Position numbers and translations under genes: made by a program. Positions 61,605 through 64,000 of a DNA stretch of 64,000 nt are shown one piece after another. This DNA is from Dimorphilus gyrociliatus (Eukaryota > Animalia > Annelida): NCBI GenBank assembly GCA_904063045.1, contig CAJFCJ010000019.1:2920684-2984683 (forward strand), in the 5' to 3' direction. The notes below the pieces were generated by a model. The model worked only from the letters and a program-made list of their open reading frames with translations. It was not told where the DNA came from and searched no databases. The first letter of the stretch is position 1, and every line of letters starts with the position of its first letter.

Positions 61605-64000
61605 CTGCAAAACAAACTTTTATTACTATTTTTGAACAAGATTAAGTTAGCCTATTCATTCTTCCATATATAATTGAAAAAAAAATAAACACATTATACT
61701 TCATCAATTATGAATAATATCTTACTCTTTGCACTAATTTGGTAAATACGCGAAAAGATGTTATCATCTTAACAAGGTGAAAAATGTCATAAAGATAGAT
61801 TAATATCTATTTAAATATGCTTCATTTGAATGGATCTGCCTCCGATTATACCAAGAAAGCAAGCAAATCGAAAATAAATGACCAGTTGGCTTGATAGGTT
61901 CCCATACATCACATTCAGAAGACGCTCATTTGCTTTTTCACCATCACTTTACTTCTTCTTGGCAGAAAGAAACAGACAAGGCTCGTTTTATTAGAACTTG
62001 TAAGAAAATTCTTACAAGCCCTTGGAGCCTTTATTTTTGTCGCTTCCTTAATAAGCGAATCGATTGTCTATAACTGAGAAAATTTGACGCCCCCTCAACC
62101 TTTCGTCTTACCGACTCTTTGGCATGAAAATTTTTTACATATAGAATTAGATAAATATCGATCAGTTGGATATTTACCAACTTTCATGATGCCATCTGTT
62201 TTATCTGATCATTTAAGTATGTGTTTTCCATTTATATCCATTAATATTTTTAAAAGTGTTGACTGTTGTCATATAACCTCACAAGTTGATACATTAATTA
62301 TGTAAATAAGTTTACCGTCTTCCCCTTTTGCAAACGAATCGATAAGAGACACGAAAGAAAAGATAATTATATATGTTAATTTAGCACAAGGAAATTTATG
62401 CATATCCAAGGATTTAAAAATAACAAATGAAATTATTTTGCATTTTTATGTGTTTGCTTAAATGATTAAATATGTCATTTCATTGCATTCGACAGATGAA
62501 AAGCTAAAATTTGCTGTATTATGTGATCAGTAACGCATACAACTCAAATATATTTGTTGCCTAAAATGCACTCGGCCTCTTTTCTCATTATTTATGCTCA
62601 ACTTTTTGAGATTCATCTATACTCTATTAAAAATCCTGTATATTTAAATAGGTTAATTAAGTATTCTAAGCCAATCTTGTCTATGTTACAGACCACGGCT
62701 AATCAAGGGAACTTTGTTTAAATATTTCATTGTCTATAAAAGAAGCATCATTTATAAATGAATAACCTTTGGCAGAAGTTTACTTGTTTGTTTTTTTCTC
62801 TTTGTAAAAGAATTGTTAAGGATTACCATTAAATATTGAAGAAATATACATAAGGATTATCGAAAATGTTAATTATAATGAAATTTTATTCAGTGTCATG
62901 AAAGAATAATCATAAATTAAGGAATCAACCGAAATAATGAATAATCCAGAATGTTACTTTTCATTTAAGTTACTTAATTAATCACAACTTAATTGTTGGG
63001 GTATCCAACATAAATATGACTGAATAATAAAAGACAATACAACAATATATTCAAATTCAAAATCAAAATCAAACTTTGATCTGATTCCTTCTCTAGGGAA
63101 ACAGTATATTTAAAACTCGTATACTACATTTGATAAACATGGATCATTTGTTATTCTTTGTTCTTAAAGTCGATATGCAGCTTTCGAAAAAGACCTTGAC
63201 CAGTAATAACTTTAACAGCAATTTTTAATATTTTCTATGAACTCTCATTTATTGTCTTTAGTAATAACTACTATAATGATAGTTAACTATTATATATTAA
63301 TCATAGAGATACATATACTAGATATATATATATCTTATATCGTAGTAAACCCATTACTTTGAAGCTGAATAACACGTAAACAGCTGGATATAAATTATAT
63401 TTTCTTCTAAACCGTATTGCTGGTATATACAGTATACTCTCTACTGCAAAATAAGGGTACATATTTAATAATTCATATTTAAAGATAAAACTCACACTTC
63501 AAAAATATGATCTAATAAAAAGAGAATAGTTAAACAACCTAATTAAAGCAGGCGAAAAACATTGGACACGCCTTGCTTTCCATCAAATTAAGTTGGCATG
63601 ATAACAGTTTATGAGCTTGTATAAAATCGCTTTTAAAAATTTGTATTATGAAACGTAAGATTAATTAGAATAGACAATAAACACAGAGAGAAATTTTCAT
63701 GCGTGCTATAGTTCTTTTGTAATTGACATTTTCCTAACAACGATTATACTGAAGGAAAAAATGCCAGCAGCTGCAAATGACATTACGACATTATCCTATA
63801 ATCGCGTGCATGTCACTCTCTTAATAAAATTTTCAAAATATTCTTTATAATGGAACTTGTAAGATATATTCTATTCTACGAATAAAATAATTGCGTAACT
63901 TACCTTCTGCTAGGCAAAAAGTTGAAATACAAATAGCGAAAGCTAAGAGTGATATTCTCGTGAAAGCGTTCATTATATGGTAGTAAATTAATCTTAATAA

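Noticed and set aside
63740-63785. MSFAAAGIFSF.. as the signal-peptide exon of the lectin gene
   Set aside because: The only phase-compatible donor is weak and gives a very short hydrophobic stretch; not enough support.
1-64000. CRISPR arrays, prokaryotic operons, rRNA or tRNA genes
   Set aside because: No regularly spaced direct repeats, rRNA-like blocks or tRNA cloverleafs were seen; the DNA is spliceosomal-intron-containing animal sequence.

Overview
This is eukaryotic, AT-rich animal genomic DNA, not prokaryotic. It is very gene-dense: about 20 genes in 64 kb, with most introns about 45-75 bp and GT-AG. The intron sizes and gene content fit a miniaturised lophotrochozoan genome such as the annelid Dimorphilus gyrociliatus, but that is inference. 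Protein genes reconstructed by hand from spliced exons, in order: atonal-type bHLH (+), RAPGEF2/6 PDZ-GEF (-), a probably acatalytic alpha-carbonic anhydrase (-), an orphan Cys/His-rich gene with three in-phase alternative terminal exons (+), glycine amidinotransferase (-), an FMNL-like formin lacking a poly-proline FH1 (-), a glucuronokinase/nucleotidyltransferase fusion with a Tc1 element in one intron (+), ABCC4-like transporter (+), a two-core annexin (-), a CFAP97-domain gene (-), TMEM272-like (+), an intronless ankyrin-repeat gene (+), a short divergent STAT that the ORF track does not show (-), KIF20-type kinesin-6 (-), RNF115/126 (-), iRhom (+), DNA ligase IV (+) and a SUEL-lectin/CUB/sushi membrane protein (-). 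The most notable non-coding signal is a candidate telomerase RNA gene at about 23481-23850 (-). It has a CUAACCCU template, a metazoan-type pseudoknot and a box H/ACA 3' domain. Gene ends are manual estimates, and no database searches or folding programs were run.
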